Positions 45,001-53,806 of a DNA stretch of 64,000 nucleotides are shown one piece after another. The notes beneath the pieces are model-generated. The model did no database searches. It was not told where the DNA came from and worked only from the letters and a program-made list of their open reading frames with translations. How positions within the stretch are numbered: the first letter of the stretch is position 1; each line of letters begins with the position of its first letter. A program made the position numbers and the translations under genes. The stretch lies in the IMG/VR virus record IMGVR_UViG_3300030329_002238. One strand, 5' to 3'. This DNA comes from an uncultured virus (IMG/VR IMGVR_UViG_3300030329_002238). Lineage: Duplodnaviria > Heunggongvirae > Uroviricota > Caudoviricetes.

Positions 45001-48000
45001 TCTTTGTATTTGAATAGTCCATAATAAGATTACTTTCTGGACTAGGTAAGTATTTTATTACAAAGCCTAACTTGTTTTTAGCAAAGCCAAATTGCTCTGC
45101 TATAACAGGGTAGGTATCAATTACATGCTCTAAATTAAAACGGTTATGTGTGTTTTTTATTTCATTTACTGCATTTACAAACTCTTCTTTTATTGCTTTT
45201 TTTCTTCTGTCTTTTCCTTCACTCTTAAACTGTCTAATTACTTCTTCTTTAAATATCCTGTCTTTTATTTCTGGTTCATCTTCTTTTTTAGTCTTATTCA
45301 CCTCCACAAAATGCTGAGGTACAACCGTGTATCTAATAGCCTGGCCCTCATGGGAATCTATTAATCTTATTAATCTATTTATAAGACCTTGGGGTAGTTT
45401 TACACCCAATCTGGACTCAAGTGCATTTAAATCTGCTGATTCTTCTGGTTGTAGTCTTTCTCTTAAAGCTATTCTACTGTCTGTATATGCCTGATATGCT
45501 CCTTCTACTTTTTTAGCGGCTTCTTCATTAAAGGGTAGCCACGGGTTGCCATTTTGATTAATAACTTCCACCCAAGAATTTGGTTCTCTTGTAGACATAC
45601 CTTCTTCAGTTTCATCAACAAAACCCCCCTCTTCTTCTTGTACTTGTTGTTCAGCAACTCCTGCTGCTGTGTCATCTAATTCTTCTTGAGCTCGCTCTGC
45701 TTTAGTTTTTGCTACTCCTTCTATATCTTCTTCCAAAGACTCAGTGGGTTTTTTGGCTTTTTCAGCTTCTGCCTCTTCTTGCTGTTGTAGAGCAGCTTTA
45801 TATTTACGTAGGACTCTAGAATCTAATAGAGATACATCATTTACTGGCTCCCCTTTTCTTTCTAAAGAAGCAATAAGTTCTTTTTGTATAGGTACAAGTA
45901 TTTCCTTTATACGCTTTTCTAGAGTTAATTTTAAAGGTAATAGACTTTTTAATACCTGATCAAAATTACCCCCAGTTAAATTTTTATATATTTCTATTAA
46001 TACAAGTGGGTCATCCCAAAAAGATTCTACTACTCTACCTATTTCGTCTGCGTTTTTAGCAGCTTTTATTCTGTCTAAAGCGTTTTCAGTTCTTACCCTA
46101 GTAAAATCATCTTTATTTTCTTTTGTGTTATTTCTTTCATATGTGTCTTCTGCTATGTCTTCAGTGCTATAAGGACCCTCTATTTCTACAAGATTTTCTT
46201 CTATGCCCTTTTTAAAAAGAGCTTCTAAACTCTGTTTAGTTGCTTCTTGGTCAGCTGCATTAGTTAATTCTGTATGTACATATTCACCACCATCTTTCCA
46301 CCTAACTCTAAAACCTCTATCGTCTGCTGAGGTTAAAGGTCTTAGATAATTAAGAGCTGCAGCTATAGACTCTTTACCTGGGTCATCCACAAACTCATCT
46401 ACTTTCCTTTTATTTAAAGATATTAAAGTACCAACACCTTCTACCGCACCCACGTGTACTTTTCTCCCACCATAAATCTTATTTAACTCTTTCTGGGTTG
46501 GAATTACTTGATTTGGTGGAAGATACACTGAATCTTTAGCAAGGCTAGTTTCAAACAAAGAAGATATTTGTCTTCTTATATCTTTTACTGGTTCAGGGAT
46601 ACTCTCATTAGGTCCTTTAGTCCAATCAAATTCAGTAAACTGTTTAGTATCTAAAAAAGATAAATCAGGCATAACCACCGGTTTTAGATTCAAGTCTTCT
46701 TCAATACTAATATCGGTACCAAATATTTTTTTACCTGTTTCTTTACCACCAAACAGCGCGGATATAGTTCTTACAGCAGAAGAAGCCTTTTTATATTGTG
46801 CTTTACTATTAAGGGCAGAATCAAAATCAGGATTTATACCAAATAAATCCAATTGCTCCATCTCTCCTCTAGCCCGTTTTGCTTTTCTTTCTGTCCGTCT
46901 TTCTTTTCTACCTAATAAATCTTGAGTTCTATTAACAATCCTTTCTACACTAGAAGACACACCTCTACCACCACCAGCAAATACACCACCACCTACAATA
47001 CCTTTAAATGAAGCCGTTAGTAAATCCATTCTGGCTTGTTCCCTGTCATATTCTGGATCTATAGAAAGTTTTTGTGCAATCGTCATACTTTCTTGAAGGG
47101 TTTCAGCAGTACCTTCAGATACAGCTCCCGTAGCAAAACCTTTAGCTGTTTGTACCCCAACCTTACTGAGATCATTTAAAAGGGCCATATATATAGGAGC
47201 CTCGGCTCCACCTTTTGCGGCACGTTTCTTAGCTATTTTTGTAATATGATCTGTTAGGGGTTTTATAATTGCTCTACCTGCAACTAACTCTGAAGTTATT
47301 CCAACTGCTGCGTATGGACCAAAACCTACTGCAGCACTTATAGCCGCTTCTCTAGGTGAAGTCATATCTTGCCTAGCAAACTCACCAAAAGTTACACCTG
47401 TTCCCTGTCCACCCTCTTGTAAATAAGCTCCCGCTAATCCCCCCATTCTTGTTCTACGTTTCCAACCAGGTTGTCCAGCAAATTTCTCTAGTAATTTTAA
47501 TTGGTCCCCCCTAAATTTATCATCATAAGTTCCTTTTAAATCTCTTAATCCTTTTCTTTTATTTTTCCAAGAGTCTTTTACAATATTTAATAAAGCCTTT
47601 TTACCAGGTCCAGATATAGCCTGTGTTAGCCCTAATCTAGCTCCCGCCCAAGTAGCCGTCCCTGTAAGGAGACCACCAGTTACCGCGGGGACCCCCGCAA
47701 TACCTGCTATAATAGCTCCTGTAGTTGCCGCAGCTAAACTCGCCACTATTGAAGGAGCAAACTCACCCGTAGCTATTTTTGCCTGTTCTATAAAACCATC
47801 TACTGTTGGGGCATTTAAAAAATCTTCAACTGTAGGTAACCCCTGCATATATTCACCAGCAATTTCTTCCCAAAATAGGGCTTCCTGTAGGGATTCATCT
47901 AGTTCTTTTTCATCACCTGTTATAGCTTGGAAAGCAGCATCTAGATAATTTATATTAGCTCGTACGCTAGCAGCACCAGACGAGACAGCACGAGAAAAAG

Positions 48001-48115
48001 TACCCGCTCCACCGCCAGATGGGCCTTTTTCAGGGGTTCCGATTCTTTGATCTAGTAAAGTTTGATTAAGATCATTAAGAGCGCTAATGTCAAAAGAGTA
48101 TTCTTCTTTCGCCAC
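39086..48115 (-). CDS. Giant polyvalent internal virion (ejection) protein: ASCH, SLOG cpYpsA, zincin peptidase
   Basis: VKSGKKTMTSR...AEGF (ASCH); KIISGGQTGVD...RTDKNIINSDGTL...NIAGPRE (cpYpsA/MoCo-carrier-like); AHELGH...EEWFAD. Confidence 0.85.
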   Translation of the reverse strand: MAKEEYSFDISALNDLNQTLLDQRIGTPEKGPSGGGAGTFSRAVSSGAASVRANINYLDAAFQAITGDEKELDESLQEALFWEEIAGEYMQGLPTVEDFLNAPTVDGFIEQAKIATGEFAPSIVASLAAATTGAIIAGIAGVPAVTGGLLTGTATWAGARLGLTQAISGPGKKALLNIVKDSWKNKRKGLRDLKGTYDDKFRGDQLKLLEKFAGQPGWKRRTRMGGLAGAYLQEGGQGTGVTFGEFARQDMTSPREAAISAAVGFGPYAAVGITSELVAGRAIIKPLTDHITKIAKKRAAKGGAEAPIYMALLNDLSKVGVQTAKGFATGAVSEGTAETLQESMTIAQKLSIDPEYDREQARMDLLTASFKGIVGGGVFAGGGRGVSSSVERIVNRTQDLLGRKERRTERKAKRARGEMEQLDLFGINPDFDSALNSKAQYKKASSAVRTISALFGGKETGKKIFGTDISIEEDLNLKPVVMPDLSFLDTKQFTEFDWTKGPNESIPEPVKDIRRQISSLFETSLAKDSVYLPPNQVIPTQKELNKIYGGRKVHVGAVEGVGTLISLNKRKVDEFVDDPGKESIAAALNYLRPLTSADDRGFRVRWKDGGEYVHTELTNAADQEATKQSLEALFKKGIEENLVEIEGPYSTEDIAEDTYERNNTKENKDDFTRVRTENALDRIKAAKNADEIGRVVESFWDDPLVLIEIYKNLTGGNFDQVLKSLLPLKLTLEKRIKEILVPIQKELIASLERKGEPVNDVSLLDSRVLRKYKAALQQQEEAEAEKAKKPTESLEEDIEGVAKTKAERAQEELDDTAAGVAEQQVQEEEGGFVDETEEGMSTREPNSWVEVINQNGNPWLPFNEEAAKKVEGAYQAYTDSRIALRERLQPEESADLNALESRLGVKLPQGLINRLIRLIDSHEGQAIRYTVVPQHFVEVNKTKKEDEPEIKDRIFKEEVIRQFKSEGKDRRKKAIKEEFVNAVNEIKNTHNRFNLEHVIDTYPVIAEQFGFAKNKLGFVIKYLPSPESNLIMDYSNTKRGPLPITEEEFTKRFFAAATVSGKETDADAERMRGEAFFTMLTPEGKKKAEDKALEFREKTERESIEGIVVSEFKKAKKDRRRKDIKTEFVERVLFLEKAYDEKLQNFSRAEEKIIHMPLGFAKYGTTVNQSNMLGKFIEGDRDFRQASLLTVLALGAKYGYDFRVRPSKPSTTKEIVVSFTEPAELVKSGKKTMTSRRSKLGEKGDVFRIAKDKDAGLYRLIEEPKQKKVQEIIKEDFKAEGFNSQREAFDAFEELNYIHFDYNDFYTNMFMYGGRTGGGDRGVPLYQRFIHRLKYLEEYSEAEIEEINLGIRKTHLEGLKRSYPTLKKATIQKDNSTIKVAAGIKARLKEIFGPKFSRLLVGNHGIYVEWTENPYPKTLEKQKQPHLQYNEYRLNGVKFYEQTDTVNYADYRPGRWYANIHDTKLKKQEEPFGYSNDPLYTHKFKKLSKQEEKEYKDTDTLLPSVALVDATPEIFLQSRAAVSSNYKLGKRATFADLYGITGKLPADAIGLETIKNYREQIRALMHTIVNEQLQTGEVPLTKLDGIIWGNFQAYEDLETEVNDKFAERRKESLEETRSAIESRGKAIKPSKIISGGQTGVDFIGLNAAKKVGIETGGTAPLGYRSAATNPATHAKKLQDLGLEEAESDNYNDRTDKNIINSDGTLVFTEGDGSGITPGTGYTIRKARELGKPTLVNPQSQEKIWVWLKAHNIDTVNIAGPREISENREKQINEIIENSWGKNSDENVLNTNWEQYKPLYVEIMPDIDKLSPETIYLQPTNEFTPGETIVDSVEDYKFIIVTLQDYAEKNGYSINTQDIEMDPDTGESDPEIADSILGELSDMPTAKREAEFRAQIRLSEKLNPGSLQASSRSFIPEYVKEGLIGGLRVDQDAIGTKDTREAGKQLVSTSKAFKESMGKYSGPMLALLKKFKFFGIKANLTFLTYDDINPEWNTKRKREDALLKLLYRDGKTERVLNKLWKEKQKNKWGQRGATFKMRGDKEYIIVIDTYSARTGRPSNIRADDYAKLNKTQKDLLGSAQVMIALAHELGHVIAFNELDSLHFNKGVKEKIWKDFKAAQPLNTRYRNEEPGRVEDQTKGFEEWFADQTAAWLIKTLRDGRKTKPQNFAEGFFARLANKIKRAWTKLMEGVAADKIFAGRFVPSEAFNEFADDLAKSFKATKNLEFQRGYLGFEEKEHLFNMVEEVVEAERNNFGLAKAAWKTVRKETAKKYNEIVRNNPNGASFLAKIVQPASSFLGRMKDKEGNPVGREMANRIQRRSRTVAEKGQELGLLDAKDRKFSQFNNQLAKILELDVNRMFSRQFTEKHDKAFAYAEDERISDEKLSKLSPMGHKLRMWKRNVLYPYLQEVEFEDSPKFLETILRDRKGKEIGVASYFSRSLKVWDMANDDGLRNAFVNYVANKLREGRIKSNKGTRGEIRPDIDGLVVYEGLRTPEGVEAQRVTPEEWAELFVLDILSRDPNDNLTDALSKHEQDIDSKSIKLGLPNALARTMKYEISPAVNENGVEQVDEDGNPIYKAYGFATSELREIGVLEDGFTATMNYLRAITKRVEYERVGGAAWFESKISKLEPHQQPKAREAIRAMLGKLGTPMDPLARKINSWGIAANVFTTLTFAVLASFPDLAGPLLRSNSFNSFQNAAKEYRQYFNDKDAAVQFALDVGAITQDSLSMMYIHAAEMDYMTPNSKRLTDYFFKAIMLDQFTRFTRVFAAGMGKRFLVSTAHDVLTDRVTTDRWLEQLNITRAEVLAWEKSGFDFNTPEGEKASQAIYQFVNESIIRPNAAQRPTWASNPYFALVWQLKGFFYAYGQTIVMGQYREIKNRFREQGIGGAAVPLTMMAFTVLPLTIMGLELKEWIKYVLAGPLPGVEMKDQHFHTDNMDWGTWFAELIDRSGILGAFGILFPLLPGDHSFGGPYETGADILGPTSGKVFDLFKYGPLDSRFWKEQVPVYYTLW

Positions 48116-48116
48116 A

Positions 48117-50336
48117 CTAGTCTCTCCAATTTGGGTCTATGCTAAAGTAGGCCAGTAAACTTTTTTCGGCCGCATCACCAAAAAACTTTTTCATATTGTC
48201 TGCAGTAAATCGTAAAGGTGGGCCTGTTCTATCTTCCCCCATTCCACTCAAATTAAATCCAAATTCAACTAATTCCCCATTGCCATTATATTTAGGGGTA
48301 ATAAGAGATAGAACCCCATTTAATCTTGAGTTTACATAATCTCCTGTTGGGTCCATCCCCCACCATCTAGCCCACGCCTTCCTAATTGCGCCTTTAGAAT
48401 TGTTATAATTATGATAAGCAATATTCATCATAGCTTGGGCTATATAAACAGATGTACTCCTTAAAGCTAAGCGGGCTTCTTCATACCCGGGATCCCCCGG
48501 TTTTAAAGTCCCATCCAGTATACTTCGAGAATATAGAGACGCCTTATTCATTTTATCTGTTAGAAATCCTTGGGCTTCTGGGTTTTGTCGAAAATCTACT
48601 GCATATTTATTAACTATATTGCTATTATCTGGGTCTGTTCCATAGAACACTTTCATCCATCTCTCACCCTCATCTCCATAGGCATCATCCTTAGCTAACT
48701 CATAGATATCTTTTTGGACGGCCTGATTTAATGTCGTTTGAGCGTTATGAACTCTGGTTCTATCAGTCATAGATTCAAAAGACACAAACGGCTCGCCCCT
48801 AATAACTCTGTTATAAAGCACAGCCATATTATCATTTGCTATATCCATTATTTGGGATGCACCTGTTGGACCATAAACTGCAGCTACATCAAAAGCAGCC
48901 TCACGTGCAGCTAACTCTGCAACTTGAAAGGCTTCTTGGGCAGTTAATTTTTTAGATGTAATAAATTCATTTAAATTAGTTATACCCTTCTTTTTAAGCA
49001 TTTCTTGAAGTTCTTGGTCTTTTATTCCCTGTAAACTATCTTTATAAGTATCAGATTGCTTAAAGTTTCCAGACTGACCACTTTCCATAAAACTAACAAA
49101 TTCATCAAAATCTTCTTCTGTAAAGAAATTTGCTACCGCGCCAGCATCGATTTGTTCCCCTTCCTTGGTATTAGTGCTAGTTTTCTTACCATTATGCTCA
49201 CTATTACTTTTAGGCATAGCCTCATACGCTAAGTCATCAAGTTTTTTTCTAGTTCTCTTTATCTGTCTAAGAGCCGCCATATGTAAGGCACTTCCAGGAT
49301 CTGGATGTTTATTAAGTTTTTCCTCTGCTTTCTCTAAATCTAACATTAACTTGTCATACTTATCTTTTGCGGTAGGAGAGGACGTTATATAGTCTATAGT
49401 TTTACCAAGTAGAGTATCTTTAAACTCTCTATCAACTCTAGTTGATACTTTTCCTTGAGCATCTGTTTTAGTATAAACCATTCTTTGAGGATCAAACTCC
49501 CACCCATCTGCTATTAATTCATCATAACTTTTAGGCTCAATAGGTTCAGAAACTGTTGTAGCAGGAGTAGGTGTTGGTGTTGGTGTCGGTGTAGGACTAT
49601 CAGTAGTAGGTTGTTTATCATCTACTGCAATCTGCCAATCATCTAAATAAGAATTAAAAACTATTCTTTGTTCATCTGGACTTAAAACAGAAAACTCCGG
49701 AGAAAGAGCTAAATCAGCCCAGCCAGCCGCTCTCTGCGCCCATTCTATATCTGCTGCAGCATTTCGATATTCCTTTTCTGCTTTCATTCCTTTTATAGTG
49801 GCTATATATCCAGGTTGAGCTTTCTCTTTCTTTAACATAAGCTCTACACCAATCATCTTTTCTAAATTTGATAAACTTATAGGCATAGGTGGCTCTCCAA
49901 CTAAACTACGTTCAGATATAGTGGCAGGGCCATCTTCTTGGTTTCTAGTTATTATAAATTTTTCCCCGTTGGGGGCATCTTCAATTCTATCTATAGTGCT
50001 TTGTTTTATAGTGGGTTGACCATCAGGGCCTGTATTTACTTGGTCTACATATCTAAGCATAGTTTTGTATAACGTAGAATTTTTACCTGCAATTTCTTTA
50101 AGATATGCATTAGATTGATGACTCCCATCAAATAATCTAGCGGTAGGTCTATAAGTTAGGTTAGATGCATCCCATTCAATATATGCACCCCCACCATCAT
50201 CCATCATAGGTCTATCAAACCACTTATTAGCCTCATCTCGTTCTTTCTTGGCTCTGGCTTCTGCCCCCATAGCACGAAGCTCCCAGAAGTTTTTACTTCC
50301 CCACGCTCTATCAAAAATTGCTCCTGGATCTGACAT
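48117..50336 (-). CDS. Probable internal virion/ejection protein
   Basis: Position between adaptor genes and the giant protein; PT-repeat linker. Confidence 0.6.
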   Translation of the reverse strand: MSDPGAIFDRAWGSKNFWELRAMGAEARAKKERDEANKWFDRPMMDDGGGAYIEWDASNLTYRPTARLFDGSHQSNAYLKEIAGKNSTLYKTMLRYVDQVNTGPDGQPTIKQSTIDRIEDAPNGEKFIITRNQEDGPATISERSLVGEPPMPISLSNLEKMIGVELMLKKEKAQPGYIATIKGMKAEKEYRNAAADIEWAQRAAGWADLALSPEFSVLSPDEQRIVFNSYLDDWQIAVDDKQPTTDSPTPTPTPTPTPATTVSEPIEPKSYDELIADGWEFDPQRMVYTKTDAQGKVSTRVDREFKDTLLGKTIDYITSSPTAKDKYDKLMLDLEKAEEKLNKHPDPGSALHMAALRQIKRTRKKLDDLAYEAMPKSNSEHNGKKTSTNTKEGEQIDAGAVANFFTEEDFDEFVSFMESGQSGNFKQSDTYKDSLQGIKDQELQEMLKKKGITNLNEFITSKKLTAQEAFQVAELAAREAAFDVAAVYGPTGASQIMDIANDNMAVLYNRVIRGEPFVSFESMTDRTRVHNAQTTLNQAVQKDIYELAKDDAYGDEGERWMKVFYGTDPDNSNIVNKYAVDFRQNPEAQGFLTDKMNKASLYSRSILDGTLKPGDPGYEEARLALRSTSVYIAQAMMNIAYHNYNNSKGAIRKAWARWWGMDPTGDYVNSRLNGVLSLITPKYNGNGELVEFGFNLSGMGEDRTGPPLRFTADNMKKFFGDAAEKSLLAYFSIDPNWRD

Positions 50337-50339
50337 AAT

Positions 50340-50963
50340 CTATATAAATTTTGAAACTACACTTGTTATTAAACCACGCCTCGCATTTTTTTCATTTGTT
50401 TTAGCATTTCTATACGCTTGTTCTTGAGCTACTTGCATACTACTTAATGCAGAAAGCCCCTCCATTGCTTTGCCTAATGCTGTATTAGCCCAAGCCCCCA
50501 CGGCGAAACTTTTACCTATACCTCCTATTTTATCAGCAAACCTTGAAAGATTTGTTGCATTAACTATTCCTAATTGTTTGTTTCTTTGTCCTTGTGCATC
50601 TATCTCTCTAGCTTCAGCTGCAGTCGTCTGTATTCCATACCTTTCTAAGTTTCTTCTATCTATACCGGCTTGTCTATTTCTAGCAATCTCGTCTGCTCTT
50701 AAAGCTTCTTCAGTTGTGCTTTCCTCTATAGAGGCTAATAACTCTTGTTCAATTTGTGGACCACCAAGCTCTTGATAACTGTCACTTAACCTTTGAGAAA
50801 TTTGTTCTTGTGCGCTTTTAGGATCAGAAATACTTGGTGTATCATTTTTATAACCTTTATATACTGTAGTTTGGTAGTTTGTTGGCATTGTACCCATAGC
50901 CTTAGGTCCCTTACTAACATAGGTCTGCGCTCTTTTCATTACATCTGTTTCTACTGGTAACAT
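50340..50963 (-). CDS. Probable internal virion protein
   Basis: Synteny; helical, Ala/Gln-rich. Confidence 0.55.
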   Translation of the reverse strand: MLPVETDVMKRAQTYVSKGPKAMGTMPTNYQTTVYKGYKNDTPSISDPKSAQEQISQRLSDSYQELGGPQIEQELLASIEESTTEEALRADEIARNRQAGIDRRNLERYGIQTTAAEAREIDAQGQRNKQLGIVNATNLSRFADKIGGIGKSFAVGAWANTALGKAMEGLSALSSMQVAQEQAYRNAKTNEKNARRGLITSVVSKFI

Positions 50964-50966
50964 AAT

Positions 50967-51512
50967 CTAATCACCCCCCCAGTCCCACTTTGTAGGGTTA
51001 AAGCCACTTGTAGCAACCTGGCTCCCTATAGCCCCACCTATTCTAGCTATACCCCCTAATCTAGAAGCATAGTCAGAAGACTTTCTAGCCCCCTCACCAA
51101 GTATTTGCTGTTTCCCAAGCTCAGCTAAATTTACCATACCCATTTGACCAATACCTTGACCACCTTTTATAAGGTCTAAGTAACCAAGTCTATTCTGGAA
51201 CTTCATATTCTGCCCTTGGTCATGAGCGGCCATCCTAGTTGCATACTCTAGTCTTTGTTGAGTCGGCGTTAATAGGTTTCCTGTAGATACATCACCGTAA
51301 CTTAATTTAGGACTACCCTGAGCATAATCCCCCATAGCTTTATCTTGTAATGTTTGTGAAAAGTCTTCTTCAATCATTCCGCGTAAGCCTCTTTTTACAG
51401 CTAAGCCCAATTTTTCTGCTTGCTCTGCATCCCTTTTAAAAGTACCCGCCGCTCTTTTTTGCGACTCACTAAACTGAAAATCTGCTCTTCTTGCTTTCTT
51501 TTTATTGCCCAT
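50967..51512 (-). CDS. Probable internal virion protein
   Basis: Synteny; Gly-rich C-terminus. Confidence 0.55.
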   Translation of the reverse strand: MGNKKKARRADFQFSESQKRAAGTFKRDAEQAEKLGLAVKRGLRGMIEEDFSQTLQDKAMGDYAQGSPKLSYGDVSTGNLLTPTQQRLEYATRMAAHDQGQNMKFQNRLGYLDLIKGGQGIGQMGMVNLAELGKQQILGEGARKSSDYASRLGGIARIGGAIGSQVATSGFNPTKWDWGGD

Positions 51513-51514
51513 AA

Positions 51515-51937
51515 CTATAAATCCTTTCTATATGTATAACTAACTAATTTAAAACCGTGCTTTGGAGCAATTTTTTGCCAGCCTGGCCTACTTGTTTCAA
51601 ACTCGATATTATCAGCTTTGAGTTCTTCTGCAAGCCTATCCAATAATTCATAACCATGTTTTGACTGGTTATATTTAGGGTCTTGATAAGCTGCCAAGAC
51701 AAATAAGGTGGGACCTCCCCCAATGTTAGGGTGGTTCTCAGTAATAATAAATCCGATGTTTTCATCTCCTTCATAAGCTATATATAAATCTGCTTGCTTA
51801 GTTTTTAAACCAACATATACGTCTGCTGGTAACCAATCAGAATTACTTTTTTTAACTATATACCTTAATTTCTCCTCTATCTCTTCATAAACAAATTGTA
51901 AGTCATCTACATGTATCTTACTAAACTTAACAGCCAT
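51515..51937 (-). CDS. GNAT-fold-like head/tail assembly protein
   Basis: GFII...LFVLAAY...R.GW......GF pattern; synteny. Confidence 0.55.
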   Translation of the reverse strand: MAVKFSKIHVDDLQFVYEEIEEKLRYIVKKSNSDWLPADVYVGLKTKQADLYIAYEGDENIGFIITENHPNIGGGPTLFVLAAYQDPKYNQSKHGYELLDRLAEELKADNIEFETSRPGWQKIAPKHGFKLVSYTYRKDL

Positions 51938-52624
51938 TTATCCTTTCTCCGATCCATACCTCCGATATCTTCTAGTAGGAGGTAACCCCACACCAGAATA
52001 AACAACTTTACGTCCTACTCCTATATCAGCTCTTCTAGCTTTTATTTCTGCATCTCGTACTGTTTGGGCAAATAGCCCAGCATAATCAACTGCAGCTTGT
52101 GGGTCTGACCAATCTCTTGATGGCATTCTAAGTAGTCTATATAAAGCACCAAAAATAATACCATCCCTATAATCGTCAGCTATTTCTGTAGCAATATTAT
52201 TAGATGACCTAGATGGTTTTAATGATACATTCATAATAACACCACCTGCTTTAGTAGTATCTGGTACTGGAACCAACCAAAATAAATCTGGGGATTGTTG
52301 AATAAAATATTCAGGAGTAGAAGTATTATTAGCATCTCTCCATTTAGGTTTTCTACTTTCTAAGGCTCTAGGAGTAATAGCTTCTAAATCCTTACCATCA
52401 TATATAGCCCAAATTATCTTATCTACTTTAGTACCTGCAGGTTGGTTAAACTCATATTCATATATACCTGCTACAGTACTTATTGGGTCTAACTCTTTTG
52501 TGTACACCGCTGCTTTTTCACAAAGCTCAATTGAAGAAGAACGTAACGCATTCTCTACAACCGTATCTGGGCACCCAGGTACGTAGGGTAATACATCTTT
52601 CATAAACGATTCAAAACTTGCCAT
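51938..52624 (-). CDS. Head-tail adaptor-like protein
   Basis: VLPYVPGCPD...IELCE...LVPVPD...LKPS...GALYRL. Confidence 0.65.
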   Translation of the reverse strand: MASFESFMKDVLPYVPGCPDTVVENALRSSSIELCEKAAVYTKELDPISTVAGIYEYEFNQPAGTKVDKIIWAIYDGKDLEAITPRALESRKPKWRDANNTSTPEYFIQQSPDLFWLVPVPDTTKAGGVIMNVSLKPSRSSNNIATEIADDYRDGIIFGALYRLLRMPSRDWSDPQAAVDYAGLFAQTVRDAEIKARRADIGVGRKVVYSGVGLPPTRRYRRYGSEKG

Positions 52625-53310
52625 TATGCACTCATTATTTGTATATCGGGTTTAATCAAAGCATCTATTTGTGCTTTACCTTGTACACTAACAGAAAATA
52701 ACTGGTAGTGTGTTGCAGCTCTCTGGGCATTCCCAGCAAACTCAGCGTCTTTAGAAAAAGCTCTAAACAAAGTGTAATCGATAATTGCATTAGAATAATT
52801 ATCTGGTACAGCAATTGTTGCAGAAGTATTAGCTAAATCTGTTGGTCTCTGTGAATACACAATTTCTACATAAGCATTTCCAGATATTCCAGGGTATATG
52901 TAGTAATTCAATGGGTCATTCTCATCAAACAAAAAATGTTTGGGAGTTGTTCCATGAGTTGCATCTCCTGTTACAGTTGGATCATGCCAGTCTGGATTTT
53001 GTGTATCTAGAATATCCCAAGATACTAATCTAATAGCTCTACCACCAGTAGCACCACCAGAAGCATCAGACATGTTTCTTATTACATTAATAAGTTTTAG
53101 TCCATCTGAAGGAATTGCTTGTTTAGTACCAGTAACTAACTGTACGTTAGCATGTAATGCAGTAGCTCCAGGCTGTACATTAGCTATCTCACGTTGGGCG
53201 TCATTAATATAATTTAACAACTCAGCTTCAGTCCACCTCACATTTGAAGTGTCCTGAAGTGTTCCTTCTACACGAGATAATAAGTTAGCGCCTGTCGTTA
53301 CTGATGCCAT
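52624..53310 (-). CDS. Head-tail adaptor/tail tubular protein A-like
   Basis: LQD....RWTEAELL.YINDAQ.EI...YIYP...FRAFSKD. Confidence 0.7.
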   Translation of the reverse strand: MASVTTGANLLSRVEGTLQDTSNVRWTEAELLNYINDAQREIANVQPGATALHANVQLVTGTKQAIPSDGLKLINVIRNMSDASGGATGGRAIRLVSWDILDTQNPDWHDPTVTGDATHGTTPKHFLFDENDPLNYYIYPGISGNAYVEIVYSQRPTDLANTSATIAVPDNYSNAIIDYTLFRAFSKDAEFAGNAQRAATHYQLFSVSVQGKAQIDALIKPDIQIMSA

Positions 53311-53738
53311 TAGTCTTCTTTATCTACTACTATTTCTGCCCAGACTTCATCTCTTTCATCTGAGGTTATTTGTTCTCCAAAAACAGCTTTTATAACAGAT
53401 TGTTTAGGTAGCCCATCAGAAGTAAAACTATCTGGGTCTCCTTCATCTAATATCTGTTGCATTGCTGCCTTTAATAATTCTCCTCTTCCATCTTCTTCCT
53501 CAAGAATAACCTCTTCAACATCTTCTATAACTTCAGCATCTTGTACCTCAATTACTTCCGCTTCTATTATTAAATCAGGTTTTTCTAAAGGCTCGTTATC
53601 TTTTATCTCCCTAGCTCCCTGTTGAATTGCAACATATCCTATGTCATCACCAACTTCTTTTGGTTCACCCGCATACAAACGTATAGCAGCTCCCCATGTT
53701 GTAGCTACATACATATCTTCATTTGAAATTACTTTCAT
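53310..53738 (-). CDS. Hypothetical acidic protein downstream of capsid
   Basis: ATG 53738 with AGGAG RBS; FTSDGLP...ERDEVW. Confidence 0.7.
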   Translation of the reverse strand: MKVISNEDMYVATTWGAAIRLYAGEPKEVGDDIGYVAIQQGAREIKDNEPLEKPDLIIEAEVIEVQDAEVIEDVEEVILEEEDGRGELLKAAMQQILDEGDPDSFTSDGLPKQSVIKAVFGEQITSDERDEVWAEIVVDKED

Positions 53739-53753
53739 TATTTCTCCTAAATT

Positions 53754-53794
53754 AAAAAATGAAGGAGAGCCACCCAAAGATGGCCCTCACTTCA
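53754..53794 (-). terminator. Terminator after major capsid gene
   Basis: TGAAGtGAGGGCCA...TGGCTCTCCTTCA followed by T6 on the - strand. Confidence 0.8.
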
Positions 53795-53806
53795 ACTAAG
53801 ACTGGA

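Noticed and set aside
39086..48115. N4-like virion RNA polymerase
   Set aside because: The size is similar, but I recognised no T7-like or multisubunit RNAP catalytic motifs; the identified domains fit a polyvalent ejection protein.
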